A stretch of DNA of 64,000 nt, taken from contig CAMYUM010000001.1 in the NCBI GenBank assembly GCA_947301965.1, positions 95,635 to 159,634 on the forward strand, written 5' to 3'. The translations under genes and the position numbers were made by a program. This stretch comes from an uncultured Azospirillum sp. GTDB taxonomy: Bacteria; Pseudomonadota; Alphaproteobacteria; RF32; CAG-239. The notes beneath the pieces are model-generated. The model was not told the origin of the DNA. It saw only the letters and a list, made by a program, of their open reading frames with translations, and searched no databases. Below, one piece after another: positions 48,077-57,121 of this stretch. How positions within the stretch are numbered: position 1 is the stretch's first letter; the number at the start of each line of letters is the position of its first letter.

Positions 48077-49750
48077 TTATTTTTTTGCAACTTTTGCTTC
48101 GTATTCATTACTAAAGAAGCGAAGGGTTGAAAGCACCGGGTTTGGTGCAGTCTGTCCCAAGCCGCACAATGATGCTTTTTGCATGGCTGTGGCAATTTGG
48201 CGCAGCAAATCAATATCTTCTTTAGTGCCGCGACCTTTGCTGATTTTTTCAAGCAGCATAAGCATTTGTTTGCCGCCGATACGACAAGGGGCGCATTTGC
48301 CGCAAGATTCATCTACGGTAAAGTCGAGGTAGAATTTAGCCAAATCAACCATGTCGGAGCTGTCGTCAATAACAATCATACCGCCTGAACCCATAATTGA
48401 GCCGACTTTTTTCAACTCATCATAGCAAAGCGGAAGATTGATATATTCGGTCGGAATAACACCGCCGGAAGGACCACCGGTCTGAACAGCTTTGAGCTTT
48501 TTACCGTTAGGAACACCGCCACCGATTTCATTGACGATTTCGTTAATGGTGGTACCCATCGGAACCTCAATAAGACCGGAGTGTTCAACCTGACCGGTAA
48601 GAGCAAATACTTTTGTACCTTTTGAAGTTGCGGTACCAAAAGATGAAAACCAGTCGGCACCTTTCAAAATGATTGAAGTAATGTTGGCCAAGGTTTCAAC
48701 GTTGTTGATACAACTCGGTTTGCCCCACAAGCCTTTGTCTGTCGGATAAGGCGGACGTGGGCGAGGTGTTCCGCGGTTGCCTTCAATAGAATGGATAAGA
48801 GCGGTTTCTTCGCCGCAAACAAAAGCACCGGCACCAAGGCGGATATCAATATTGAAACTGAAGTCTGTGCCCATGATGTTGTTGCCGAGCAAACGACTCT
48901 TTTTGCAAGCTTTAATAGCTTTTTCAATACGCTCAACGGCCAAAGGATATTCAGCACGGATATAAAACCAGCCTTCGGTAGCACCGATTGCATAAGCGGC
49001 AATCATCATACCTTCAATAACCGAGTGGGGGTTGGATTCCAAAATACTGCGGTCCATGTAAGCGCCAGGGTCGCCCTCGTCACCGTTGCAAATAATGAAT
49101 TTGTCATCTACGGCTTTAACTTTAGAAGCAAATTCCCATTTCATGCCGGTAGAAAATCCGGCACCGCCGCGGCCACGCAAACCTGATTTTTTGATTTCTT
49201 CAATAACTTGTTGCGGGGTCATGGTTTTTAAGACTTTTTCCAAAGCCAAATAACCACCGTTGGCCATATATTCCTGAATGTCTTCAGGGTCTAAATGACC
49301 AGCCATTTTCAATACCACTTTTTCTTGTTTTTTGAAGAACGGCAAGTCCAAAGACAAAACATATTTTTGCAGATAATCAGGCAAGGTAATCTGTTGTCCG
49401 GCCTCAAGTTTGAGAGCAGGAACAATATGCTCGATGATTATACTGCGGGAAGTCGCCGGATCAATGCGTTTGTACAAAACATCTTTTTGACCTTTGATTT
49501 CAACGCGAATCAACGGACCTTGCGCACAAAGTCCCATACAACCGGTGGCGACAATGCGAACTTTGTCTTGCAGGTTATATTCTTCAATGGTTTTGTGCAT
49601 TAATTCCAAAATCTCATCACTACCAGATGATTTGCAACCCGTTGAATGGCAGCAATAAATGTTGCATTGGTAACGATCCAAATCCTGTTTTTTGTTTTTA
49701 GCGATTTCGTGGATATCGAATCTTTTTTCAATTTCGCTCATATCGGCCAT
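48077..49750 (-). CDS. hydB: NuoF-like flavoprotein subunit of a bifurcating-type hydrogenase (HydB/HndC)
   Basis: The 557-aa protein has an N-terminal thioredoxin-like 2Fe-2S domain, a NuoF FMN/NADH-binding core (GGAGFSTG, C-terminal CGKCAPCR) and 4Fe-4S motifs. Confidence 0.9.
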   Translation of the reverse strand: MADMSEIEKRFDIHEIAKNKKQDLDRYQCNIYCCHSTGCKSSGSDEILELMHKTIEEYNLQDKVRIVATGCMGLCAQGPLIRVEIKGQKDVLYKRIDPATSRSIIIEHIVPALKLEAGQQITLPDYLQKYVLSLDLPFFKKQEKVVLKMAGHLDPEDIQEYMANGGYLALEKVLKTMTPQQVIEEIKKSGLRGRGGAGFSTGMKWEFASKVKAVDDKFIICNGDEGDPGAYMDRSILESNPHSVIEGMMIAAYAIGATEGWFYIRAEYPLAVERIEKAIKACKKSRLLGNNIMGTDFSFNIDIRLGAGAFVCGEETALIHSIEGNRGTPRPRPPYPTDKGLWGKPSCINNVETLANITSIILKGADWFSSFGTATSKGTKVFALTGQVEHSGLIEVPMGTTINEIVNEIGGGVPNGKKLKAVQTGGPSGGVIPTEYINLPLCYDELKKVGSIMGSGGMIVIDDSSDMVDLAKFYLDFTVDESCGKCAPCRIGGKQMLMLLEKISKGRGTKEDIDLLRQIATAMQKASLCGLGQTAPNPVLSTLRFFSNEYEAKVAKK

Positions 49751-49755
49751 GTTGC

Positions 49756-50265
49756 TTACTCCTCTTCTTCAAATTTTTTGCGCCATTCAGCGAGAATGTT
49801 AGAAACATCGCCGGTAGTAACGCGTCCGTAAGTTTTGCCGTTGACAACACAAACCGGCGCCAAACCGCAACAACCTACACAACGCACGCATTGCAGGTGG
49901 AACATATGATCAGGAGTGCTTTCGCCCTCATTAATGCCAAGCTGTTTTTTGAACTCTTCAAGGGTTTTGTCGTTGCCCTTAAGATAACAGGCAGTACCGG
50001 TGCAAACTGAAATAACGGCTTTTCCCGGAGCTTCAAGCTTGAAAAAGTTATAGAAAGTCAAAACCTCATAAATTCGAGCTAAAGGAACATTCATTTCCTG
50101 AGCTAACTCCATGGCATCGTCCCAAGGAACATATCCTTTAACATCCTGAAGCTCATGCAGAGCCATAATCAATGAGCCGCGTTTTTTGCGCCATTTGGCG
50201 GCAATTTGTGCGGCAACAGAAGCATCACCCATACTTATCTCCTCCTGGTAGTGATTTAAAGTCAA
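49756..50265 (-). CDS. hydC: NuoE-like 2Fe-2S subunit of the hydrogenase (HydC/HndA)
   Basis: CTGTACYLKG and CVRCVGCCGLAPV form the NuoE-type 2Fe-2S site. Confidence 0.85.
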   Translation of the reverse strand: MTLNHYQEEISMGDASVAAQIAAKWRKKRGSLIMALHELQDVKGYVPWDDAMELAQEMNVPLARIYEVLTFYNFFKLEAPGKAVISVCTGTACYLKGNDKTLEEFKKQLGINEGESTPDHMFHLQCVRCVGCCGLAPVCVVNGKTYGRVTTGDVSNILAEWRKKFEEEE

Positions 50266-50320
50266 TATAACATATTAGGAAACACTTTAATTTACAAGTA
50301 AAAAATTGATTTTTTAACGA

Positions 50321-52363
50321 TTAAATGTGGCCGGTTTTAAATAATTGCCGATACTTGTAAATACTGCCGTTTTGAACATTCCAGCTAAAGTCTTTATGCA
50401 TGGCGTTTGCAGTCATTTGAACAAGCTTGTCATGATGACGGTAAAATGTTTCAAGAGCTTTGGTCAGCGTTTCGGTGTAGGCATTAACGTTGTTTTTCAG
50501 GCGTTGAGCCGTGAGGTTGTTACCGTATACGCGCCGTTTGCTGGGAGAGAAAAAGACTTCGGTGCGGAAACCGTCAACATCGTTGTCGATGGTGTCAACC
50601 AGTCCGCCGGTGGACATAGCTACCGGCAATGCACCTTTGGCCATGGCTTCCATTTGGGTAAGGCCGCAAGGCTCAAAACGACACGGCATCATATAAAAGT
50701 CTGATGCGAGTTGAATGCTGTAAGCAAAGTCGTCCTGATAGCCGCGGAAAACGAAGATACGTTTGCCGTATTGAGGGTTTTGAGCAGAAATTTTATCTTT
50801 AAGATTGGTCAGATGCTCAAAATATTTAGTATCGCCGGCTCCGCCCAAAACAAAAATCGGAGTTTCAATATTTTTAAGATGCGAAAATCTTTCTGCCAGA
50901 TTGATAATTGATTGAGCGGCAATGTCATAGCCCTTTTGTTCAACCAAACGGCTAGTGGCGCAGATTATCGGAGTGTTTTCTATTTTTTTGATTGAGTTTG
51001 CAATATCTTCAAATTTATAAATATCAATCAAAGGAATGACTTTTTCCTTGAAAGATTTGTCGGTGGCTATCTTTGACAATAGTTTTACAAACTCTTTTTT
51101 GTTTTCTAATTTATCGGACAGGTGGTCCTCGTCGTAGTAGGTAAATTTGAACGGGGCAAAATAGGTGTTGAGTTTGTCAATTTTTTCACGGTTAGGGGCA
51201 ATTAAGTTTTTGTCATAGCCGTTAACAATGCCGAAAAAGTTGCGGTGGTCTTTACGGATTTTCAATATGTCACGAAAGTCTAAACCGAAGTCAAGTTCTT
51301 TGGATACTTCTTCCATGTAGTTTTTGGAAACGGTAACGACACGATCTGCCAAATGAAAGTTGCACGAGGCTTGATTGTAGCAGTCATAAACAATCAACGT
51401 ACTGTTAGTGCGCGGGTTGCTGTTCTTGATTGCTTTGGAGTTTTTGAAAACAAGGCTGCTCAAATTTTCGTATAAAGAATTTAAGATGTGTTGGGTGTGC
51501 TCAAAATCCCAACCTTGATAACCCAGATGGTGTGCAAGATGGATTACGGGAATGTTTTTGAGCTTGTCTGCCAAAGATTGTTCCATGGTTCCGGCCTCAA
51601 CCTGAGCCAATGTAAAATATTTCAGCAAACCGGACAATGCTCCGCTATGCCAGTCATTGGCGACCAAAATATTCGGCATAGGAATTTCGGGTTTTGACTT
51701 TTCGGCTAGGTGTTTGAGTAAGCAGTAAACGGCTTTGGAGAAAAAGGCAAAGCGCTCTACTTCATTAATATTCTCGGAATTTAGGATATAACAGCCATCT
51801 TGGGCAGGATTGTTTTTGGGGTGCGGATTGATTGAGAAAAAGCGGTCATTGTGCAAAAACAGATAGGTTATACCGTTGAATTTTCCGGTATAAACATCGA
51901 CCGGATTTTGGACCAAAGTTCCGCGCGCACCGTTAAAAGGTACTTTAATGGTCAAAACCTTTGTTAATTCAATATTATTTTTTTGAGCACCAAAGTAAGT
52001 TTTGCCGTCGAAGGAGGCAACCTTTTTGCCGGTGTTGCCGATATACATAGGCGTAATAATCAGGACACGATCGGGTGTGTCGGCAAAAGTGGTGTTAAAA
52101 GCTTCGGGAAGTTCGGAAGCAACGACACCGAGACCGCCCCATTTCATAAAGGTTGCGGTTTCTGCCGTAATCATCCAAGCGTTTATGTTGTCTAAACGGG
52201 GCCACTCTTGTTTGCCCAAGCATTGACGGCGTCCGAGGTTTTGGATTTCGGACAGTATAGGATTATTTACCACCCCAAAAGAAATAATGTTCTTTTTGTT
52301 AAATCCTTTGGGGAGCGGTTTGAAGACAGCTTGTTTGTTGCTGCCGATATGCGGTGTGTTCAT
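50321..52363 (-). CDS. glgA: GT5-family glycogen/starch synthase-like alpha-glucan synthase (unusually long, 680 aa)
   Basis: The N-terminal MKWGGLGVVASELP is a K-x-G-G-L motif, and the C-terminal STGGLVDTIDN is the second GT5 signature. Confidence 0.7.
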   Translation of the reverse strand: MNTPHIGSNKQAVFKPLPKGFNKKNIISFGVVNNPILSEIQNLGRRQCLGKQEWPRLDNINAWMITAETATFMKWGGLGVVASELPEAFNTTFADTPDRVLIITPMYIGNTGKKVASFDGKTYFGAQKNNIELTKVLTIKVPFNGARGTLVQNPVDVYTGKFNGITYLFLHNDRFFSINPHPKNNPAQDGCYILNSENINEVERFAFFSKAVYCLLKHLAEKSKPEIPMPNILVANDWHSGALSGLLKYFTLAQVEAGTMEQSLADKLKNIPVIHLAHHLGYQGWDFEHTQHILNSLYENLSSLVFKNSKAIKNSNPRTNSTLIVYDCYNQASCNFHLADRVVTVSKNYMEEVSKELDFGLDFRDILKIRKDHRNFFGIVNGYDKNLIAPNREKIDKLNTYFAPFKFTYYDEDHLSDKLENKKEFVKLLSKIATDKSFKEKVIPLIDIYKFEDIANSIKKIENTPIICATSRLVEQKGYDIAAQSIINLAERFSHLKNIETPIFVLGGAGDTKYFEHLTNLKDKISAQNPQYGKRIFVFRGYQDDFAYSIQLASDFYMMPCRFEPCGLTQMEAMAKGALPVAMSTGGLVDTIDNDVDGFRTEVFFSPSKRRVYGNNLTAQRLKNNVNAYTETLTKALETFYRHHDKLVQMTANAMHKDFSWNVQNGSIYKYRQLFKTGHI

Positions 52364-52466
52364 TACAATTCTCTCAATTGCAAAATAATTAATCAGTATG
52401 ATAGGGATTTTATATCATCAGGTTTAATATTTGATTAAAACTGAAAATAAAAACTTCGGCTCTTGA

Positions 52467-52495
52467 CTTGAAGGGTATTAATAACTACATTTTAT
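52467..52495 (+). promoter_or_regulatory. Putative heat-shock (sigma-32-like) promoter of grpE
   Basis: CTTGAA, a 15-nt spacer, then CATTTTAT. The -35 region sits in cTTGACTTGAA, which is shared with the groES upstream region. Confidence 0.3.
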
Positions 52496-52539
52496 ATAAG
52501 TAAAATATATAAGTCTTGCGACAAATTAAAGAGGGCAAA

Positions 52540-53112
52540 ATGAAAAAAAATAAAAACAATTCTGCAACAGAGGATTGGGAAGACGAGGAAAATTCGGCCG
52601 AACTCAATGATGAAGAAAATGCTCATGACGAAGAGGCCTCATCAATAAAAGATTTGAGAATCGAGGTTGAAAAACTGAAAGCCGACAATGAAAAACTTCA
52701 TGAAGACTTTTTGCGAGCCTATGCCGATGCCGAAAATACCAAAAAACGCTGCGCTCAAGAACTTGAAAAAAATTCAAAATACGCAATATCTTCTTTCGCA
52801 AAGGAATTGTTGGTGGTAGCAGATAATCTGCACCGGGCTTTGGAGGCGGCCGATGACGGAGATGCCGAACAGATGAAGCAGTTTAAGGAAGGTGTTAAAC
52901 TGACCGAATCGGAACTGATGAAAGTGTTTAAAAAATTCGGAATTGTAAAGATTGATGCAATCGGCAAGGTTTTTGATCCGGGATTGCATAGGGTCGTACA
53001 GGAAGTTGAAGATAAAGAAAAACCGTCAGGTACGATTGTTGCAGAGTTGCAAACAGGATATATGATAAACGATCGTCTGCTGCGTGAAGCGATGGTGATT
53101 GTAAGCAAATAA
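52540..53112 (+). CDS. grpE: Nucleotide exchange factor GrpE
   Basis: An RBS (aagaggg) precedes the ATG at 52540. The sequence has an acidic N-terminus, a coiled-coil and the C-terminal GrpE beta domain. The 52516 ORF start in the track is a TTG. Confidence 0.9.
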   Translation: MKKNKNNSATEDWEDEENSAELNDEENAHDEEASSIKDLRIEVEKLKADNEKLHEDFLRAYADAENTKKRCAQELEKNSKYAISSFAKELLVVADNLHRALEAADDGDAEQMKQFKEGVKLTESELMKVFKKFGIVKIDAIGKVFDPGLHRVVQEVEDKEKPSGTIVAELQTGYMINDRLLREAMVIVSK

Positions 53113-53187
53113 ATTTAATAAAGAAAGCCCTCTTTATATGCTTTTGGCATACAAAAGGGGGCTTTCCTTTGTTACAGCGGCATCCAA

Positions 53188-53418
53188 TTAATAGACGATA
53201 GCTTCGAACGAACCGTCTTTATGCTGGATGATTTGCCCGTTTTCGTAGCAAAAGACAACACACGTATCAAACGCATTTGCCTTTTCTCTCTTGCTCTGTT
53301 CGATTTCTGTCTTGATTTCATCATAGATGTCGAGTACGTTGCCTACGAACTTAGACATGGTGAACACGAAGACGACATAAGCCAGGAAGATGACGGAAAC
53401 GTAATAAATCTTTTTCAT
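53188..53418 (-). CDS. Hypothetical small membrane protein
   Basis: A 76-aa protein with an N-terminal TM helix. No family was recognised. Confidence 0.3.
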   Translation of the reverse strand: MKKIYYVSVIFLAYVVFVFTMSKFVGNVLDIYDEIKTEIEQSKREKANAFDTCVVFCYENGQIIQHKDGSFEAIVY

Positions 53419-53589
53419 ATTGTTGTAAGTTTAAAATTTTCAACTCAGAAAAGTTACGACTGTAACTTATCTATAATAATACGCACTAATTATAATGCTT
53501 CACTTTAAAGCGTACCATTTAAAGGGGTTTGTGTCAATGAAAAACCCGCCAAATGGCGGGTTTGTACTGATTGTAAATCTTATATTTAC

Positions 53590-53958
53590 TTATTTGGCAT
53601 CTTTTTTAGTTGTAGTCTTTTTGGCAGTACGAGCTGACTTTGTTTTGGGTGCGGCCTTTTTGGCAGGCTTTGCTCGAACACCCTTTTTGCTGACAACGGA
53701 TTTTTTAATTTTCTGAGCTTCAGGGGTCAGCTTGTTGTTGGAAGTAGATTCCAAATAAGCATCCAAACCGCCGTTGTGCTCAATCGAACGGAGTGTCTTT
53801 GAGCAGATTTTGAGTTTGAATACTTTGTTCAAAGCTTCACTAAACAAAGAAACAATTTGCAAGTTTGGCATAAAACGACGACGAGTACGGTTGTTAGCGT
53901 GGCTTACATTGTTGCCGCTCTGAACGCCGGTGCCTGATATATCACATTTTTTTACCAT
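53590..53958 (-). CDS. rpmB: 50S ribosomal protein L28 with a roughly 45-aa Lys/Ala/Thr-rich C-terminal extension
   Basis: The N-terminus VKKCDISGTGVQSGNNVSHANNRTRRRFMPNLQ is L28 consensus. The tail KKGVRAKPAKKAAPKTKSARTAKKTTTKKDAK is histone-H1-like. Confidence 0.85.
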   Translation of the reverse strand: MVKKCDISGTGVQSGNNVSHANNRTRRRFMPNLQIVSLFSEALNKVFKLKICSKTLRSIEHNGGLDAYLESTSNNKLTPEAQKIKKSVVSKKGVRAKPAKKAAPKTKSARTAKKTTTKKDAK

Positions 53959-54095
53959 AATTCTAATCCTTGAAAAACTAAACTTGTTGCCAGTTAATAG
54001 ACATTTTATAAATAAAAGTCAAGAATTATTTATGAAATTTAAAAAAAATGTGGCTTTAAATGTTTTTTAAGGATAATAATAACTCTGTTGAAAAT

Positions 54096-54172
54096 GTACC
54101 CGTAGCTCAGCTGGATAGAGCGTTGGCCTCCGACGCCAAAGGTCGTGGGTTCGAACCCCTCCGGGTACGCCA
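54096..54172 (+). tRNA. tRNA-Arg (anticodon CCG)
   Basis: Acceptor gtacccg/cgggtac, anticodon loop ctCCGac, T-loop ttcgaac and an encoded CCA. The T-stem has one U-U mismatch. Confidence 0.85.
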
Positions 54173-54208
54173 TTTTTAAAAAAAGCCCTGTGTTTAACAG
54201 GGCTTTTT

Positions 54209-54347
54209 GCGTTCCGTCGGGGCGAACCCAGGGTTCGTTCAATTCCGACTATATCTTTTGTTGTGCTTCGATTTCATCTCGCCAACAAAAGAAAGTCTCA
54301 TTGTGTCTCCTTGAAAAAACTGCATTAGAGCAGTTTTTTCTTCGGCC
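54209..54347. repeat. Roughly 139-nt element inserted downstream of tRNA-Arg(CCG), flanked by a 52-bp direct duplication (54157..54208 and 54348..54399) of the tRNA 3' end plus terminator; copy 2 of 2
   Basis: ccctccgggtacgcca plus the terminator tttttaaaaaagccctgtgtttaacagggctttttg is exactly repeated. The insert begins with the palindrome cgaacccagggttcg, built from this tRNA's T-arm. It shares gttcgttcaattccg and the terminal block ctcattgtgtctccttgaaaaaactgcatta.agcagtttttt.cttcggcca with copy 1. Confidence 0.8.
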
Positions 54348-54405
54348 ACCCTCCGGGTACGCCATTTTTAAAAAAGCCCTGTGTTTAACAGGGCTTTTTG
54401 TGAAT

Positions 54406-54978
54406 TTAATCTTCCGGGCTTTCTTCCTCAAAAACCGGCTTGTCCGGTGTTTTTTCCTGACTGGGTTGATTGTCGCCGAAGAGCATATTTCCGATTTGAG
54501 TTAAGGCACCATCAAGCATTTTGCCGACATCAGGTCCTTGAGTTGCCGTTTCGGTGGTAGGAGTTTCGGTTTCAGCCGGAGTGTTGTTTTTTTCAGTGCC
54601 AAAAAGTTTATTAAACTGGTTTATGGCTTTGTTTAGAAGAGAAACTTTTTCCTCACAGGTTTTGGTTTCTTTGTTCCAAACACCGCCGGATTGTTCGCAC
54701 TTTCTGATTTCACGGGTCGAATATTGATAGTACATGTAATATCCGCCACCTAAAAGTGCGGCAATTACAAACAAAATTACCATATAACGTGCTATTATCC
54801 AAAATATCCACAGACCTGCAATGCCAAAGAAAATAAGTTTGTTGGTCCAGGTGGGGTCCCACATATAAGCCTTGGCGGCAAAAAATGCGGTGGCAACGGC
54901 AAAAATCATATTGACCGGTGAAAACAAAAATGCTTTGAAAAAGCGCTTGATTATTCCGGGTTTGGTTCCTTCGCTCAT
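54406..54978 (-). CDS. Hypothetical membrane protein
   Basis: A 190-aa protein with three or four TM helices, a Cys-containing loop (CEQSGGVWNKETKTCEEK) and an acidic C-terminus. Confidence 0.45.
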   Translation of the reverse strand: MSEGTKPGIIKRFFKAFLFSPVNMIFAVATAFFAAKAYMWDPTWTNKLIFFGIAGLWIFWIIARYMVILFVIAALLGGGYYMYYQYSTREIRKCEQSGGVWNKETKTCEEKVSLLNKAINQFNKLFGTEKNNTPAETETPTTETATQGPDVGKMLDGALTQIGNMLFGDNQPSQEKTPDKPVFEEESPED

Positions 54979-55147
54979 GATTACGGTTCCTCAAAAGTTA
55001 AAATTGGTTGTAGTGTAATTTATTTTTCGGGCATAAACAAGATAAAATTTTTATCCACATTATACACAGAGAGGTAAAAATTTTTGGCTTTGAAAAAGAG
55101 TGTTTGTTTGTTAAAAAAGAGAAAAGTTTTTAAATTAGGATAAGACT

Positions 55148-56611
55148 ATGGAAAAACCAGATATTGCATCTTTACCCCAAAATATTGAAGCCGAGCAGGC
55201 GCTGTTGGGAGCGTTATTGGCTAACAACAAAGCTTTTGAAACGATATCGGACTATTTAAAACCGGTTCATTTCGCAGACCCTATTCATGCTAAGATTTAT
55301 GAAGTTATTTCAAAGCTGATAACGCGCGAACATGTCGCAGACGTAATCAGGCTTAAAAAATATTTTGAGCAGGAAGGTACTTTAAATGATGTCGGCGGTT
55401 CTAAATATCTGATTAAGCTGGAGGAAAGTTCGTCACCGCTGACCAATCCGGAAATGTATGCTCAATATATATATGAACAATATTTGCGCCGCGAGCTGAT
55501 TTCAACCGGCTACGAGATTGTTAACAATGCGATGAAAGAAGATCTTGATTCAAACGCGACCGAACAAATTGAAGAAGCAGAAAAAAGATTGTATGAGCTT
55601 TCGGACAAGGGTGATGCGGGAAAAGGTTTCGTTGATTTTAGTCAGGCATTGAATTATTCAATGGACAGTATTCAACGAGCTTATCAAAACGAAGGCGGAA
55701 TTTCGGGCATTTCGACCGGGTTTGATGATTTGGATAGAAGAATGGGCGGACTTAATGATTCCGACCTAATCGTGTTGGCGGGACGACCGGGAATGGGAAA
55801 AACCGCATTGGCTACCAATATTGCGTATAACGTTGCGGAAATGATCAGTCGCGGTGCAATTAAGCTGGATGAACAGTCAAGAGGTGTGGCGTTCTTTTCA
55901 CTTGAAATGTCAGCCGACCAGTTGGCCACCCGTATTTTGTCATCAACGGCCGGAATATCCTCACAAAAAATGCGTAACGGTAACATTGATAACGGAGAGT
56001 ATGGACGCATTGCCGAAGTAGCAAGAACATTGGAAAAAATGCCTTTATATATCGACGATACTCCGGGGTTGACCATTAACACCATAAGAAACAGAGCTCG
56101 ACGACTGAAAAGAACAAAAGGGCTGGGGTTGATTGTGATTGACTATATTCAACTTATTACCGGAAGTTCAAAAAAGGGAGATGTAAACAGAGTACAAGAG
56201 CTGTCGGAAATCTCACGCGGATTGAAAATTATGGCCAAAGAGCTCAACGTGCCGGTGATTGCACTTTCACAATTAAACCGCGGGGTAGAACAGCGTGAAG
56301 ACAAACATCCGCAAATGTCAGATTTGCGCGAATCGGGATCTATCGAGCAAGATGCGGATATAGTTTTGTTTGTTTATCGTGAAAACTATTATATTGAACA
56401 CGAAGAGCCCAAAGAAACCGATAAAAACTATACTCCCGAAAAGCATGAAAAGTGGGAACAAAGAATGAAGGCTACCAAATATAAGGCGGAGGTTATTATC
56501 GGAAAACACCGTCATGGTCCGACAAGTACGGTAACATTGTCGTGGAACGGCGAATTTGCGCAGTTCGGTAATTTTATTCATGATGAACAGTTGCCGGAGC
56601 AAATAGGCTAA
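55148..56611 (+). CDS. dnaB: Replicative DNA helicase DnaB
   Basis: It has Walker A GRPGMGKT, the Walker B region and the arginine finger (SQLNRGVEQREDKHP). There is no intein. Confidence 0.95.
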   Translation: MEKPDIASLPQNIEAEQALLGALLANNKAFETISDYLKPVHFADPIHAKIYEVISKLITREHVADVIRLKKYFEQEGTLNDVGGSKYLIKLEESSSPLTNPEMYAQYIYEQYLRRELISTGYEIVNNAMKEDLDSNATEQIEEAEKRLYELSDKGDAGKGFVDFSQALNYSMDSIQRAYQNEGGISGISTGFDDLDRRMGGLNDSDLIVLAGRPGMGKTALATNIAYNVAEMISRGAIKLDEQSRGVAFFSLEMSADQLATRILSSTAGISSQKMRNGNIDNGEYGRIAEVARTLEKMPLYIDDTPGLTINTIRNRARRLKRTKGLGLIVIDYIQLITGSSKKGDVNRVQELSEISRGLKIMAKELNVPVIALSQLNRGVEQREDKHPQMSDLRESGSIEQDADIVLFVYRENYYIEHEEPKETDKNYTPEKHEKWEQRMKATKYKAEVIIGKHRHGPTSTVTLSWNGEFAQFGNFIHDEQLPEQIG

Positions 56612-56614
56612 AAT

Positions 56615-57121
56615 ATGGCAGAGAAAAAGTCGTACACAATAGTTGTAAGCAACACATATCGCCAAAATGAGGAAAAGGTCGAGCCAGAATTTTGGAAAAA
56701 GAAAAAACTGAATGAGTTAAATCATTTAGAATGGGAGTTGCTTTGCGACGGATGTGGAAAATGTTGCCTGAACAAACTTGATATCGGCGGAAAAATTTAT
56801 TTTACATGTGTTAAATGCAGGTTTTTGGACAGCAAAAGCTGTTTGTGCCGAATCTATGAAAATCGATTTGCAAAAGTACCTGATTGCCGAAATGTCAATT
56901 TTGCGGCGCTGAAAGAACGTCCGAAATGGCTGCCGAAAACCTGTGCCTATCGATTGTTGGAAGAAGGAAAAGATTTGCCCGAGTGGCATCCGTTGGTAAG
57001 CGGTGACAAAGAAAGTGTTCATCATGCCATGCAGTCGGTGAGAGGTCGGCTATTGATTTCGGAAACAGAAGTTAAAGATGACGAATATGAAAATTACATT
57101 GTTAACTGGAAAGACATTTGA
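56615..57121 (+). CDS. ycgN: UPF0260/YcgN-family Cys-rich protein
   Basis: WELLCDGCGKCCLNKL...YFTCVKCRFLDSKSCLCRIYENRF matches the YcgN signature. Confidence 0.75.
   Translation: MAEKKSYTIVVSNTYRQNEEKVEPEFWKKKKLNELNHLEWELLCDGCGKCCLNKLDIGGKIYFTCVKCRFLDSKSCLCRIYENRFAKVPDCRNVNFAALKERPKWLPKTCAYRLLEEGKDLPEWHPLVSGDKESVHHAMQSVRGRLLISETEVKDDEYENYIVNWKDI

Noticed and set aside
46292-50265. Whether the hydrogenase genes are really respiratory complex I subunits nuoE, nuoF and nuoG.
   Set aside because: The third gene carries the complete H-cluster signature set (TSCCPAW, MPCTAKK and MACxGGCxxGGGQP) and lacks the molybdopterin-like domain of NuoG. No nuoA-D or nuoH-N genes flank the operon.
54145-54504. 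A 119-aa ORF spanning tRNA-Arg(CCG) and its element.
   Set aside because: The situation is the same as for the 13053..13382 ORF: the translation merely reflects the duplicated tRNA 3' end and terminator.
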